In this document: positions 19,245 to 27,823 of the stretch, piece by piece
Position numbering within the stretch: position 1 is the stretch's first letter
Layout of the letters: each line of letters opens with the position of its first letter
Program-made: the position numbers and the translations under genes
Origin: a virus
Taxonomy: Duplodnaviria; Caudoviricetes
DNA: 34,288 nucleotides
IMG/VR virus record: IMGVR_UViG_3300025288_000008
Coordinates: 1-34,288 of that record
Reading direction: 5' to 3' (one strand)
The notes under the pieces: generated by a model
Told to the model about the DNA's origin: nothing
The model's database searches: none
What the model saw: only the letters and a program-made list of their open reading frames with translations

Positions 19245-20599
19245 TGCATATCATACGATCAATGATAACTGCTTCCCCAATGATTATTGCTGATACTCAT
19301 CTTGTCAGTAGCAATGTAGCAGAAGCAGATTACCCGACTTACTCGACTACAGAAGCAGTTGTAGCCGGTGCCCGCAGGCAAGTTGTATCACCAAGTGCTA
19401 CAGTGACACTTAGCATTTCTGCTCCTTGCGTTGTGACCTGGACTCAATCGCAATTGCCTGATAACACCCCAATCCGTTTTACAACTACAGGTTCTCTGCC
19501 AACCGGGGTTGTACCAGGAACAATATATTATGTGCGGCGCTTGACTGATTCAACATACAATCTTGCAATAAAGCCCAACGGTCAAGGTATCAACACCAGT
19601 GGTACGCAATCCGGTACGCACACAGGTTTTGCTACTGTACATGATGTATATGAAGCACTGCTTGACAGCGGCGTATCCACTGCATCATCAATCAGCGGTA
19701 CAACTTTGACAGTCGGAGGAACTGTCACAGGCAGTTATGAAATTGGGCATATTTTGTCCGGCACGGGCGTTACTGCAAATACCACAATTGTTGCACTTGG
19801 CACAGGCACAGGCGGGGCGGGCACTTACACTGTTAGCGTGTCCCAAACTGTAGCAAGCACCACAATAACGGGCGTATCGCCAACAACAAACAATAATCAT
19901 TGGGCACGTGCTGACAGTACAAATCGATGGCGTATGCATGATTCAGCGGTTTCAAGTCAAACGTCAAATGTAGATAATATAGTCAACATCTATTCAACAT
20001 CGGGCTACACAGAAGCATTGCTTTTTAGCAATATTGATGCAGCTTCTGTTCGTGTGAAGATGGTAGATGATATTGATGGCACAGTCTACGACAAGACAAT
20101 ATCGGGCGTTGCAGATTCAGGCATACAGGATTGGTATTCGTATTTTACAGAGCCTATAATACGCAAAACTGATATTCTGATAACTGACATGCCGCTTTAC
20201 GCGAATACAACATTGACAGTAACAATAACTACTGGAGCCGGGCAAACAGTACTTTGTGGACTTTTATATTTTGGCAAGTTGCTTGAGCTCGGTGGAACAC
20301 AATACGGTATGTCTCTTGGAATTCAAGACTACTCGATAAAGACTACTGATGATTTCGGTAATCAGACTTTCAAAGAAGGCGCTTACAGTCGCACAGCAAA
20401 GATTATAATGAAAGTAGATAATGACTTTGTTGATACTTTGCATAATGTTTTAGCGGGATATCGTGCTATTCCGATCGTTTATCTAGGTTCTCTGAGTTTT
20501 GGATCGTCTTTTATTTTTGGTAAATATAACGACTTTAACATAGAAATCCCGCACCCGGCTTTCTCTACATGCAGCATTGAAATAGAAGGTTTAATCTAA
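19244..20599 (+). CDS. Tail tip / distal-tail-like protein with inserted beta domains
   Basis: TAATG overlap with the tape measure stop favours 19244 over 19205; TNRWRM.D, W.SYF.EP and GIQDYS.K..DDFGN motifs. Confidence 0.68.
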   Translation: MHIIRSMITASPMIIADTHLVSSNVAEADYPTYSTTEAVVAGARRQVVSPSATVTLSISAPCVVTWTQSQLPDNTPIRFTTTGSLPTGVVPGTIYYVRRLTDSTYNLAIKPNGQGINTSGTQSGTHTGFATVHDVYEALLDSGVSTASSISGTTLTVGGTVTGSYEIGHILSGTGVTANTTIVALGTGTGGAGTYTVSVSQTVASTTITGVSPTTNNNHWARADSTNRWRMHDSAVSSQTSNVDNIVNIYSTSGYTEALLFSNIDAASVRVKMVDDIDGTVYDKTISGVADSGIQDWYSYFTEPIIRKTDILITDMPLYANTTLTVTITTGAGQTVLCGLLYFGKLLELGGTQYGMSLGIQDYSIKTTDDFGNQTFKEGAYSRTAKIIMKVDNDFVDTLHNVLAGYRAIPIVYLGSLSFGSSFIFGKYNDFNIEIPHPAFSTCSIEIEGLI

Positions 20600-20600
20600 T

Positions 20601-21245
20601 ATGTCAATAATTTCTCAAGTAATCACAACACTTCCTGACGCGCCAAATCGCTCGACCGACACACCAGAAACATATGTTCCTAAAGCTGATGCCATGATGT
20701 CCGCTTTGCCCATGTTGATTATAGAAGAAAACACATGGGCCGGGCAGGCAAACACGGTCGCAAGTGAAGTAAATATTGACAAGTTGTCTGCGGCAACGAG
20801 TGCTACAAATGCTGCGACTAGTGCCACAAATGCTGCAACAAGTGCAACAAATGCAGCAACAAGCGCTACGTCTGCAGCAACAAGCGCAAGTGATTCCGCT
20901 GCAAGTGCTGCGAGTGCTGTTTCTGCACCAAGCACGTCGGCAACCAGTACAACATCTTTATTAGTCGGAACTGGCAGTAAATCTCTGACGATACAAACCG
21001 GTAAATCTCTCGTTGTTGGCATGTCTGTAAAAATTTCCTACACAACAACCCCAACAATTTGGATGCATGGAGATATCACAGCGTATAACACGGAGACCGG
21101 TGCATTGACTGTAAACATAACGCAAATGAATGGCTCTGGTACACAATCTTTGTGGACTGTTAGCTTAAGCGCACCGGCTGGGCCTGCTGGGCAAGCAGGG
21201 TCTACAGGTTCAGACCTTTTTAACATTTTTATAGGAACTATTTAA
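20601..21245 (+). CDS. Tail fibre proximal/adaptor protein with heptad S-A-T-N-A-A-T repeats
   Basis: 214 aa; 7-aa coiled-coil repeats, then a TSTTSL..GTGSKSLT..GK beta domain. Confidence 0.65.
   Translation: MSIISQVITTLPDAPNRSTDTPETYVPKADAMMSALPMLIIEENTWAGQANTVASEVNIDKLSAATSATNAATSATNAATSATNAATSATSAATSASDSAASAASAVSAPSTSATSTTSLLVGTGSKSLTIQTGKSLVVGMSVKISYTTTPTIWMHGDITAYNTETGALTVNITQMNGSGTQSLWTVSLSAPAGPAGQAGSTGSDLFNIFIGTI
20799..20888 (+). repeat. 21-bp coding tandem repeat (SATNAAT)
   Basis: agtgctacaaatgctgcgact / agtgccacaaatgctgcaaca / agtgcaacaaatgcagcaaca / agcgctacgtctgcagcaaca. Confidence 0.8.
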
Positions 21246-21246
21246 G

Positions 21247-21630
21247 ATGGCTACAACTCCGCAATATGCATCAATACCGAAAAATACATTCGCGTCTCTT
21301 ACAACTGCAAATTCTGCGTTGACAGGAGCGTCAGCAGTTATTGTTTTCACTGCCGGCGCCAGCGGTGCAAGAATTGACACTATACACATGCACGCAACCG
21401 GAACTACAACAGCAGGAATGATAAGAATTTTTTGCGGAGCTGCGGCAGACGCAACCGCTGCACTGATAGCAGAAATACCAGTTCTTGCAAATACCCCAAA
21501 TTCAACAAATCCAGCGTGGTCAGCAGATGTTGACATAGATTTAATCATGCAAGCAAATTATATCTTGTCAGCGACTACAGCAAACACGCAAACTTTTGAT
21601 GTAATGATTAAAAAAGGAGGGTCGTTCTGA
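21247..21630 (+). CDS. Small tail-fibre-associated beta protein
   Basis: 127 aa, Ala/Thr-rich; TAGASGARID.I motif; inside the fibre cluster. Confidence 0.6.
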   Translation: MATTPQYASIPKNTFASLTTANSALTGASAVIVFTAGASGARIDTIHMHATGTTTAGMIRIFCGAAADATAALIAEIPVLANTPNSTNPAWSADVDIDLIMQANYILSATTANTQTFDVMIKKGGSF

Positions 21631-22730
21631 TGAGTAATAGCGGAACTTTTGGTTTTCCTTCTCCACCAGACAAGTCTAAAAGAATAGCCCCACCCGAGTG
21701 GAGAAATTACAAATTAATTAAATCTACAACAAGTACAGAAGTTGTGCCACAAAATGTTTATCAAATATACGCTATGGTTTGGGGCGGCGGCGGCAATGGT
21801 GCAATACCGGCAGGCGGCGGAGGCGGTGGTTTTGCTGCCGGGATTATAGATGTAGTGCCAGGCCAAAGGCTTCCAACGATTACAGTTGGCGGTGCAGGAG
21901 GCACATCATCTTTTGGTACGCTGCTATCAGCGACTGGCGGCACTAATGCAGTGACTACTACCAGAGGCATAGGAGGAACAGGAACAGCATCGGCATCTTT
22001 AAGAGCAGCATTTACGGCAACTGGCGGAAACGGCGGCACGAGCGGCACAAGTTTTTACACCGGCGGCGGTGGTAGTGGTTCTCCTTATGGCAATGGCGGA
22101 AATGGCGGTCAAGTGACTATTGCTAATGGAAGGTCTGGCGGTGGCGGCTGGGGTGGAAATGGAGGAAATAGTACTTTAGTAGCAGGAAGCGGTGGTGGTG
22201 GTGGTTTGTTTTCTGGCGGCGATCAGGCTGAAAATGTAGGCGGTGGTGGTGGAGGTTCACTAAGTAAAGGGAGCAGAAGTTCTGTGACAACGTCTGGCGG
22301 CAATGGCGGAAGTGGTTCAAGTCAAGGCGGACGTGGAGCTGTTAACTCAACATCTCTTACTATAGCTGAGAACGGAGCAGGAGCAGGGTCATTTTTAGAT
22401 ATAGCAAACAAAACATTGTCCGGCGGTGGCGGTGGTGGTGGAGTCTCCGGCCCCGTGGCGTCAGGCGGTAACGGCGGTGGTGGCGGTGGTGGTGGTGGTA
22501 GTGGCAACCAAAACCAAGGCGGAAACGGTGGAATTGGTGGCGGTGGTGGAGGTTCCCTATCAGATGATAGTGCAGGAACAAGTGCTTTTGGAGGAGGTGC
22601 GGGCGGTTGTTCAGCAGCTATAGGCAAAGTAGGCGGGCTAGGCGGTGGTGGCGGTGGTGGGAGAGCTTCTGGAGGAGGCAGCGAAGGCGGAAGCGGAGCG
22701 GTTATTTTGTTTTGGACAGAGGGTTTTTGA
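21630..22730 (+). CDS. Glycine-rich tail fibre / receptor-binding protein
   Basis: 366 aa; VP..V..I...VWGGGG, GGTSSFG..LSATGG and many GGxGG runs (polyglycine II-type glycine-rich domain). Confidence 0.75.
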   Translation: MSNSGTFGFPSPPDKSKRIAPPEWRNYKLIKSTTSTEVVPQNVYQIYAMVWGGGGNGAIPAGGGGGGFAAGIIDVVPGQRLPTITVGGAGGTSSFGTLLSATGGTNAVTTTRGIGGTGTASASLRAAFTATGGNGGTSGTSFYTGGGGSGSPYGNGGNGGQVTIANGRSGGGGWGGNGGNSTLVAGSGGGGGLFSGGDQAENVGGGGGGSLSKGSRSSVTTSGGNGGSGSSQGGRGAVNSTSLTIAENGAGAGSFLDIANKTLSGGGGGGGVSGPVASGGNGGGGGGGGGSGNQNQGGNGGIGGGGGGSLSDDSAGTSAFGGGAGGCSAAIGKVGGLGGGGGGGRASGGGSEGGSGAVILFWTEGF

Positions 22731-22731
22731 T

Positions 22732-23178
22732 ATGAAACACGCATGGATAGAAAATGGAACAATTCGAGATATAGCTCAAGGTGTACCGGAAGAGATATAT
22801 CATCAAGATATTGCTGTGCATTATTCAGAAATTGTTCCAGAGACGGCTGAAAATGGAGATTTTTGGGACGGGGTAAAACTTACGAAACGCGAAATTATTG
22901 TTACTACAGAACCTGTGACAGCTAGAATAACCGAAGTCACACCAGTAGAATTTAAACTACGCTTTACTTCTGCTGAACGAATAGCAATTCGTGCTTTGAG
23001 ATCAACAGATTCTGCGATAGATGATTTTATGAATATCATAGATGATCCGCGTTTGAGCGTTGTACATCTTGATTTGACTGATACTATCGAAGCAGTGACA
23101 TATGTAATAAATGCTGTTAAAACTAATCTTGCATATACACAAGCGCAAGCAGATGCAAGAATTGTAGAGATATTGTGA
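22732..23178 (+). CDS. Tail fibre assembly/chaperone-like protein
   Basis: Start re-assigned to ATG 22732 (1 nt after the upstream stop); TPVEFKLRFTSAERIAIR motif. Confidence 0.6.
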   Translation: MKHAWIENGTIRDIAQGVPEEIYHQDIAVHYSEIVPETAENGDFWDGVKLTKREIIVTTEPVTARITEVTPVEFKLRFTSAERIAIRALRSTDSAIDDFMNIIDDPRLSVVHLDLTDTIEAVTYVINAVKTNLAYTQAQADARIVEIL

Positions 23179-23516
23179 TGTCATTTTTCCCAGATAAGCA
23201 GAAATATGATCAAATTGAATCGCGATTGTCAGAAATAGAGCTACACTGCTTCAGGTGCGACGATAAACATAAGACGCATGAACTGCATCGGAGAGCAAGC
23301 GATAGCGCTGCACAGATGATTCTAGAGAGTCAAAAAATAATGTGTTCCAATATTCAGCGGATTTCAGATATAATAGAAATGTATTTGCCGCATTTGAAGA
23401 CAATTTCAGAAATAGAAATCACAGCAAGAACTTTGAAAAAAACTTTTGCTCTTGTATACAGTTTGATTATCGCAACTTCAGCTTTGATGGCAGTTGGAGC
23501 ACACTACTACTTATAA
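23175..23516 (+). CDS. Membrane-anchored protein (holin/antiholin candidate)
   Basis: C-terminal hydrophobic helix FALVYSLIIATSALMAVGAHYYL; directly before the endolysin. Confidence 0.5.
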   Translation: MMSFFPDKQKYDQIESRLSEIELHCFRCDDKHKTHELHRRASDSAAQMILESQKIMCSNIQRISDIIEMYLPHLKTISEIEITARTLKKTFALVYSLIIATSALMAVGAHYYL

Positions 23517-23518
23517 TC

Positions 23519-24013
23519 ATGTTCACAACAGAGAAATGCAAAATAGTACTTAAGCATTATGAAGGTCTTAGACTAAAGCCGTATAATGACCAAAATGGGC
23601 GTGAGATAAAAGATTGGTGCAAAGGTGCGACAATCGGTTATGGTCATCTGATTGCAAAAGATGACTGGGACAAGTACAAGAACGGGATAAGTGCAGAACA
23701 AGCTAATGACATTTTTGATTCTGATCTTTTACTGAGAGAAAAAGTCGTAACAAATCTTGTGCACGTACCATTGAAAACAAATGAATTTGATGCGCTTGTC
23801 ATACTTCAATACAACATTGGAGAAAATGCTTTACGCAAGTCTTCTCTTCTAAAAATGATTAATTCCCCAGGCATTAAAACTTCTTATGATAGTCTTGAGT
23901 CTGCATGGAAAGCGTGGAACAAATCAGGTGGGTCAATAATGGGTGGCTTGATAAAACGAAGACAAGCTGAATGGGATATTTTTTCGAAAGGAATTTATTA
24001 CGAATGGAGCTAA
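23519..24013 (+). CDS. Endolysin, GH24 (T4-like) lysozyme
   Basis: HYEGLRLKPYND...ATIGYGH catalytic E/D/T pattern; NEFDALV...YNIG; GL..RR..E; start probably ATG 23519. Confidence 0.9.
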   Translation: MFTTEKCKIVLKHYEGLRLKPYNDQNGREIKDWCKGATIGYGHLIAKDDWDKYKNGISAEQANDIFDSDLLLREKVVTNLVHVPLKTNEFDALVILQYNIGENALRKSSLLKMINSPGIKTSYDSLESAWKAWNKSGGSIMGGLIKRRQAEWDIFSKGIYYEWS

Positions 24014-24270
24014 AAAAGGAGCTTATTGATCAAACTGCACATTTTGCGGTTGGTTTTGTCGCTACTGCTGTAATCGCAGTATTTGTCAATGTTTATATTT
24101 CTGCATGTGTTGTTTTTGCGTTTGCTGTTAGTAGAGAAATTTACCAAAGATTATCAAAAAATGATAACTGGTATTCATGCGGTTGGGGTTGCAGGCTTGA
24201 TTTGATGTTTTGGGCGTTTGGTATCGGTTCCGCTATTGCTGCTATTTTTATAACAGATTCATTTTTTTAA
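24004..24270 (+). CDS. Small multi-pass membrane protein in the lysis cassette
   Basis: D...HF..G motif, 2-3 hydrophobic segments; start probably ATG 24004. Confidence 0.6.
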   Translation: MELKKELIDQTAHFAVGFVATAVIAVFVNVYISACVVFAFAVSREIYQRLSKNDNWYSCGWGCRLDLMFWAFGIGSAIAAIFITDSFF

Positions 24271-24279
24271 GAGTACAAG

Positions 24280-24471
24280 ATGAAAATATTATTACAGTAT
24301 CTAAAGTCAAAAACAGTTTGGGCAGGAATTGGAGTGTTTGTGCTGACAGGAATTAATGCGTCTCTCGAATCCGGACTTGACAAAGAAACCTATACAATTG
24401 TCGGAGGGGTGATAGGTTATCTGATTATTCATCTTCGCGCACTTACTGACAAGCCATTAAAAGAAAAATAA
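24280..24471 (+). CDS. Putative holin
   Basis: 63 aa; KSKTVW then two TM helices; basic C-terminus LRALTDKPLKEK. Confidence 0.65.
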   Translation: MKILLQYLKSKTVWAGIGVFVLTGINASLESGLDKETYTIVGGVIGYLIIHLRALTDKPLKEK

Positions 24472-24981
24472 ATGTTATACGCACTGGCTGCAAAATATGG
24501 CATAAGAATTCTGGTTGTTTTGCTTGTCGTATCTTCTGTAGTGTATGGATATTTTTCATGGAAGCATGAAATAGTAGCGGAAACGCTGCTTAAAGAACGA
24601 GCTGCAGTTGATGCACAATCTCTAAAACTAATCAGCGAGAGATCAGCAGAAATAAAGATGCTCAAGGAGAAACATGATGCAAAATTTAGAGATACTGTCA
24701 GATTTTATGCTGATCATATCGAAACTATCAGTAATGAGCATAATATTGCTATCAATCGCAGGTTGCGCGTCTCAACGTCTAGTTGTGACGCACGTGGAAG
24801 AATTCCCAAAACCGACGTTCCCGAGCGAGATAATACAGGACGCTCGGGAATTTACGAAAGTTCAGAGCTGGCGGCAGAGGCTGAGCGAAGATTTAATGAG
24901 TCATTGACAATTATAGAAAAAGGGGCTCTAGCTTGCGGATTGCTCATAGATGCAGTTGAAGAAACTTATGAAATCAAGTAA
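24472..24981 (+). CDS. Rz: Inner-membrane spanin (Rz-like)
   Basis: N-terminal TM helix, periplasmic coiled-coil, RLRV motif, Cys residues; contains a nested lipoprotein gene. Confidence 0.78.
   Translation: MLYALAAKYGIRILVVLLVVSSVVYGYFSWKHEIVAETLLKERAAVDAQSLKLISERSAEIKMLKEKHDAKFRDTVRFYADHIETISNEHNIAINRRLRVSTSSCDARGRIPKTDVPERDNTGRSGIYESSELAAEAERRFNESLTIIEKGALACGLLIDAVEETYEIK
24674..24907 (+). CDS. Rz1: Outer-membrane spanin lipoprotein (Rz1-like), embedded in the +1 frame
   Basis: RBS AAGGAG at 24664-24669; lipobox IAGC; Pro-containing mature part. Confidence 0.78.
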   Translation: MMQNLEILSDFMLIISKLSVMSIILLSIAGCASQRLVVTHVEEFPKPTFPSEIIQDAREFTKVQSWRQRLSEDLMSH

Positions 24982-25185
24982 TTATTTTTTTACAATCTTT
25001 AAAGCAATATTTATCTCTTCAAGCATTGCTTCAGATATAGACGCAAGATAATCAATTTGCTCAAGAGACGCATTAGCAAGAGTATCAAGAGCTTCATTCA
25101 GTGTTAAAATTTCTTCTTGTAGTGTTTCAATCTTTGTTTCAAGCTTTTCTATTTGTTTTGCAAAATAAGATTCTGTATCAAACAT
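24982..25185 (-). CDS. Hypothetical acidic coiled-coil protein
   Basis: 67 aa; heptad pattern; follows the 25188-25637 gene after 2 nt. Confidence 0.6.
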   Translation of the reverse strand: MFDTESYFAKQIEKLETKIETLQEEILTLNEALDTLANASLEQIDYLASISEAMLEEINIALKIVKK

Positions 25186-25187
25186 TT

Positions 25188-25637
25188 TTATATCCCTTTT
25201 TTGAGTGCTCCCGATTTAATTAAATAAGTTCTCCAGATTTTTCTTTCTTTTCCGATTCTAGTAGTTATTTCTTCGTCGCTCGATCCTGCTTCATACATAG
25301 AAACAACTACATCAACGATAAGCGGTATACGTATACCAAAAATTTTACTTTTTTTACGTAAGTAATTTTCCATCATTTTTTTTGTCACGCCATAAGGCCA
25401 CAAATCTTTATAGCGAATGCGATGGTAAATCTCTCCTCGATGCAATTTATTTTCTATAATCAGTTTATCGACTAAAGCAGTAAACTTGCTAAAATCACTT
25501 GAAGAAAAATAACTCGCTATTTTGCTACCTTTATTTCCATCTGCATCAAAAATATGTACTTCACCAATCCCTTTTTTGTACCATTTTTTTGGCACTGGTT
25601 TAATACCAGCATGTATCATAAATCCTGCTGCGTTCAT
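25188..25637 (-). CDS. Hypothetical basic protein (possible C-terminal HTH)
   Basis: 149 aa; RBS AGGAG; C-terminal VVSMYEAGSSDEEITTRIG resembles an HTH. Confidence 0.65.
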   Translation of the reverse strand: MNAAGFMIHAGIKPVPKKWYKKGIGEVHIFDADGNKGSKIASYFSSSDFSKFTALVDKLIIENKLHRGEIYHRIRYKDLWPYGVTKKMMENYLRKKSKIFGIRIPLIVDVVVSMYEAGSSDEEITTRIGKERKIWRTYLIKSGALKKGI

Positions 25638-25649
25638 TGAATTCTCCTG

Positions 25650-25669
25650 AAAAAGCCGTCTTTCCGGCT
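25650..25669 (-). terminator. Intrinsic terminator-like hairpin
   Basis: Minus strand AGCCG-GAAAGA-CGGCT followed by TTTT, directly before the RBS of 25637. Confidence 0.5.
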
Positions 25670-25721
25670 GCCACCCAACATCCGACTATGCCAAATCATG
25701 GCACTGAAGGGAGCGGTATAC

Positions 25722-25934
25722 TCATGAAGGAGATATGAGTTTTTTTTGATCTTCGAAATATTTTACTTTGTCGGGTTCAACCTGCTTTAAATACATTAAC
25801 CAGGAATCAGGAATTCCGTATTTTCTCCATCGCGAGATAGCTTGAGAGCAAATCTTTTGCCCGCATAACTTTCTAACTACAGAATTTCCGCCAAGGCTGT
25901 CGATTAATTTTGATTCTTCTGTGTGTTTATTCAT
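25722..25934 (-). CDS. Cro-like HTH regulator
   Basis: 70 aa; LIDSLGG...V..LC...SQAISRWRKYGIP pattern. Confidence 0.78.
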   Translation of the reverse strand: MNKHTEESKLIDSLGGNSVVRKLCGQKICSQAISRWRKYGIPDSWLMYLKQVEPDKVKYFEDQKKLISPS

Positions 25935-25940
25935 GTAATG

Positions 25941-25968
25941 ATTATAACATAATTAACTTACTTGTCAA
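25941..25968 (-). promoter_or_regulatory. Consensus sigma70 promoter; predicted leaderless transcript of the Cro-like gene
   Basis: TTGACA (25968-25963), 16 bp spacer, TATAAT (25946-25941); 6 nt separate the -10 from the ATG; no SD. Confidence 0.7.
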
Positions 25969-26269
25969 CATGAAAAATTGCATTACACAATATTTTTTCA
26001 CGTGACAAATCTGAAACAGTGCATTCATACAATTCTCTACACCCTGAGTCATCAATTATTTTGTCAAGAAATTGATTCATAATTTCCAAATCTCCGCAAT
26101 CGGGTTCAGATAGAAGATCGCTTGCACACACAGAAACAGACAAAACAATGTCATCATCTGAACGTACACGAACAAAAGCAGTGGATGGCTTTATTTCTGC
26201 TTCGTTCTTCTCAATCGCATTTCTCAGCTTTCTAACTATTTCTTTAGTTTCTGTTTTGAATTTGCACAT
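25958..26269 (-). CDS. Hypothetical protein
   Basis: 103-aa ORF; RBS GGAG upstream. Confidence 0.6.
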   Translation of the reverse strand: MCKFKTETKEIVRKLRNAIEKNEAEIKPSTAFVRVRSDDDIVLSVSVCASDLLSEPDCGDLEIMNQFLDKIIDDSGCRELYECTVSDLSREKILCNAIFHVDK

Positions 26270-26378
26270 CGCAAAAAACTCCGTATGTTGCGCACCATCG
26301 TTCAGCTACTTCATCATCAAGATAAAAAGCCAAAAATACAAGTATCACAAGTATAATTATTAATTGATTATCATTCAT
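26244..26378 (-). CDS. Small 44-aa single-pass membrane protein (not in the ORF track)
   Basis: MNDNQLIIILVILVFLAFYLDDEVAERWCATYGVFCDVQIQNRN; fills the gap between two - strand genes; weak RBS. Confidence 0.5.
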   Translation of the reverse strand: MNDNQLIIILVILVFLAFYLDDEVAERWCATYGVFCDVQIQNRN

Positions 26379-26382
26379 AATA

Positions 26383-26721
26383 TCAATCTAAATCAATAAA
26401 AACAGCGATATCAGCAGCTTTGAAAAGCTCATCTGCAAGAGCACCGCTACCAAAAAAATCAATAACTTCATCAACTGTGTCACAAACTTTTGCGTCATAT
26501 ACATATCTACGTCGAGCAAGAATTTTAGTGCAATTAATTATTTGACATACGTATTTACCTGTTTTTGTACCAAAAAGATTCAATTCCTGCCAATTTCCAA
26601 TTTTTCCTGCATGATGTGGATGAGTGTTACTTCTGCTTGATAACGCACTTGAAATTAATTCGCCGGTGAATCTAAAATCACGTCCATATGTGCGTTTTAC
26701 TGTAATTTTTTTCATTTTCAA
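26383..26721 (-). CDS. Hypothetical protein, paralogue of 26931-27272
   Basis: GRD.RF.GELI, GNWQEL.L..T.TGK and FFG.G.L.DEL shared with the neighbour; RBS AGGAG. Confidence 0.78.
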   Translation of the reverse strand: MKMKKITVKRTYGRDFRFTGELISSALSSRSNTHPHHAGKIGNWQELNLFGTKTGKYVCQIINCTKILARRRYVYDAKVCDTVDEVIDFFGSGALADELFKAADIAVFIDLD

Positions 26722-26882
26722 ATCTCCTGATTACATCACAGCAAGATTACCGCGATGTTTATACACACTATTTATATACAATGTGTCTAAAAAAATTGAG
26801 TGCTTCATCTCCTGTTTTGCATACGACAACAGGATTTAAATGAGTAATAATCTGAGCAACATACTTGCATTTGCTAGTCAGT

Positions 26883-26927
26883 GAAAAAACACGCAAAGGA
26901 AAACGTACTTTCCCTTGCGTGTTTTTC
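26883..26927. terminator. Long hairpin, probable bidirectional intrinsic terminator
   Basis: AAAAACACGCAAAGGAAA-ACGTAC-TTTCCCTTGCGTGTTTTT directly after the 26931 stop. Confidence 0.75.
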
Positions 26928-26930
26928 TAA

Positions 26931-27272
26931 TTAAGCAATCATTGTGTTAGCGTCAATCGATACATCCAACTCTGTATCTATTAAAAGCTCATCAACAAGC
27001 CAGCCATGTCCAAAAAATTTTGCAACTTCTTCAGCATTGTTACAAACAGCGGCTTCATAAGTATCTCTATGCCCCGACCATTGTGTCATGTTGCCAATTT
27101 GGCCAACGAATTTACCTGTTTCCGTTTTCCACAATTTCAGTTCTTGCCAATTTCCTACAGAACCGCTGTAATTTCCCACAGCTTTGTTAGAGCTTGATTT
27201 TGCTTTAGCAATTAGTTCTCCGATGAATCTCAAGTCTCTGCCGTTTGTGTTTTTAACTATAATTTTTCTCAT
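26931..27272 (-). CDS. Hypothetical protein, paralogue of 26383-26721
   Basis: 113 aa; RBS AAAGGAG; has its own promoter and terminator. Confidence 0.8.
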   Translation of the reverse strand: MRKIIVKNTNGRDLRFIGELIAKAKSSSNKAVGNYSGSVGNWQELKLWKTETGKFVGQIGNMTQWSGHRDTYEAAVCNNAEEVAKFFGHGWLVDELLIDTELDVSIDANTMIA

Positions 27273-27326
27273 TTTAATCTCCTTTGATTTCTTTTAATCA
27301 ATAGCGTTATTGCTATTGATAAAGTA

Positions 27327-27354
27327 ATTATACTTACTTTTTTATAGATGTCAA
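27327..27354 (-). promoter_or_regulatory. Consensus sigma70 promoter
   Basis: TTGACA (27354-27349), 16 bp spacer, TATAAT (27332-27327); AT-rich UP-like tract upstream; inverted repeat ATCAATAGC-N6-GCTATTGAT at 27297-27320. Confidence 0.7.
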
Positions 27355-27397
27355 GTGTTTTTTTAAATTATTTCATAATAAATTATTTAATAGTAAA

Positions 27398-27823
27398 TTA
27401 TTTCATAGAATCAATCATTCCGATCCAATCTGTTTTATATGCCGATCCGCTCCATTTTGCTTCTGTCAGTAACATTTCATATGTCATATCTGCTAAATTT
27501 CGCGAGTGTCTACCGTGTATCAAAAATATATTATTGCTACACTGACCCAATATCCACACGTTTGCTTGAGAGACAGCGCGAGAATGAATCCACGCAATTT
27601 GAGCCGGACGAAGGCCATAACTGCCGGTAAAAATTGCAGTACTGAATCTTTTTGGCGCCAAAATTCTACATTTTAATTCTACAAAATGACAGGTTCCGAT
27701 ATCACGCATGTGCAAAACAACATCTGGTACCCCTTCACCCGCGCTGTTTTCGATTCGTTGCGCAAAGCAAAACGGCTTTACGCCGTTTCTCATTCTTTTC
27801 CACAAGTTAGCTTCTCCGGCCAT
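27398..27823 (-). CDS. PD-(D/E)xK nuclease (VRR-NUC / Holliday junction resolvase-like)
   Basis: RIEN..G.GVPDV...FVELK and LRPAQIAW motifs; adjacent to the SNF2 helicase. Confidence 0.8.
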   Translation of the reverse strand: MAGEANLWKRMRNGVKPFCFAQRIENSAGEGVPDVVLHMRDIGTCHFVELKCRILAPKRFSTAIFTGSYGLRPAQIAWIHSRAVSQANVWILGQCSNNIFLIHGRHSRNLADMTYEMLLTEAKWSGSAYKTDWIGMIDSMK

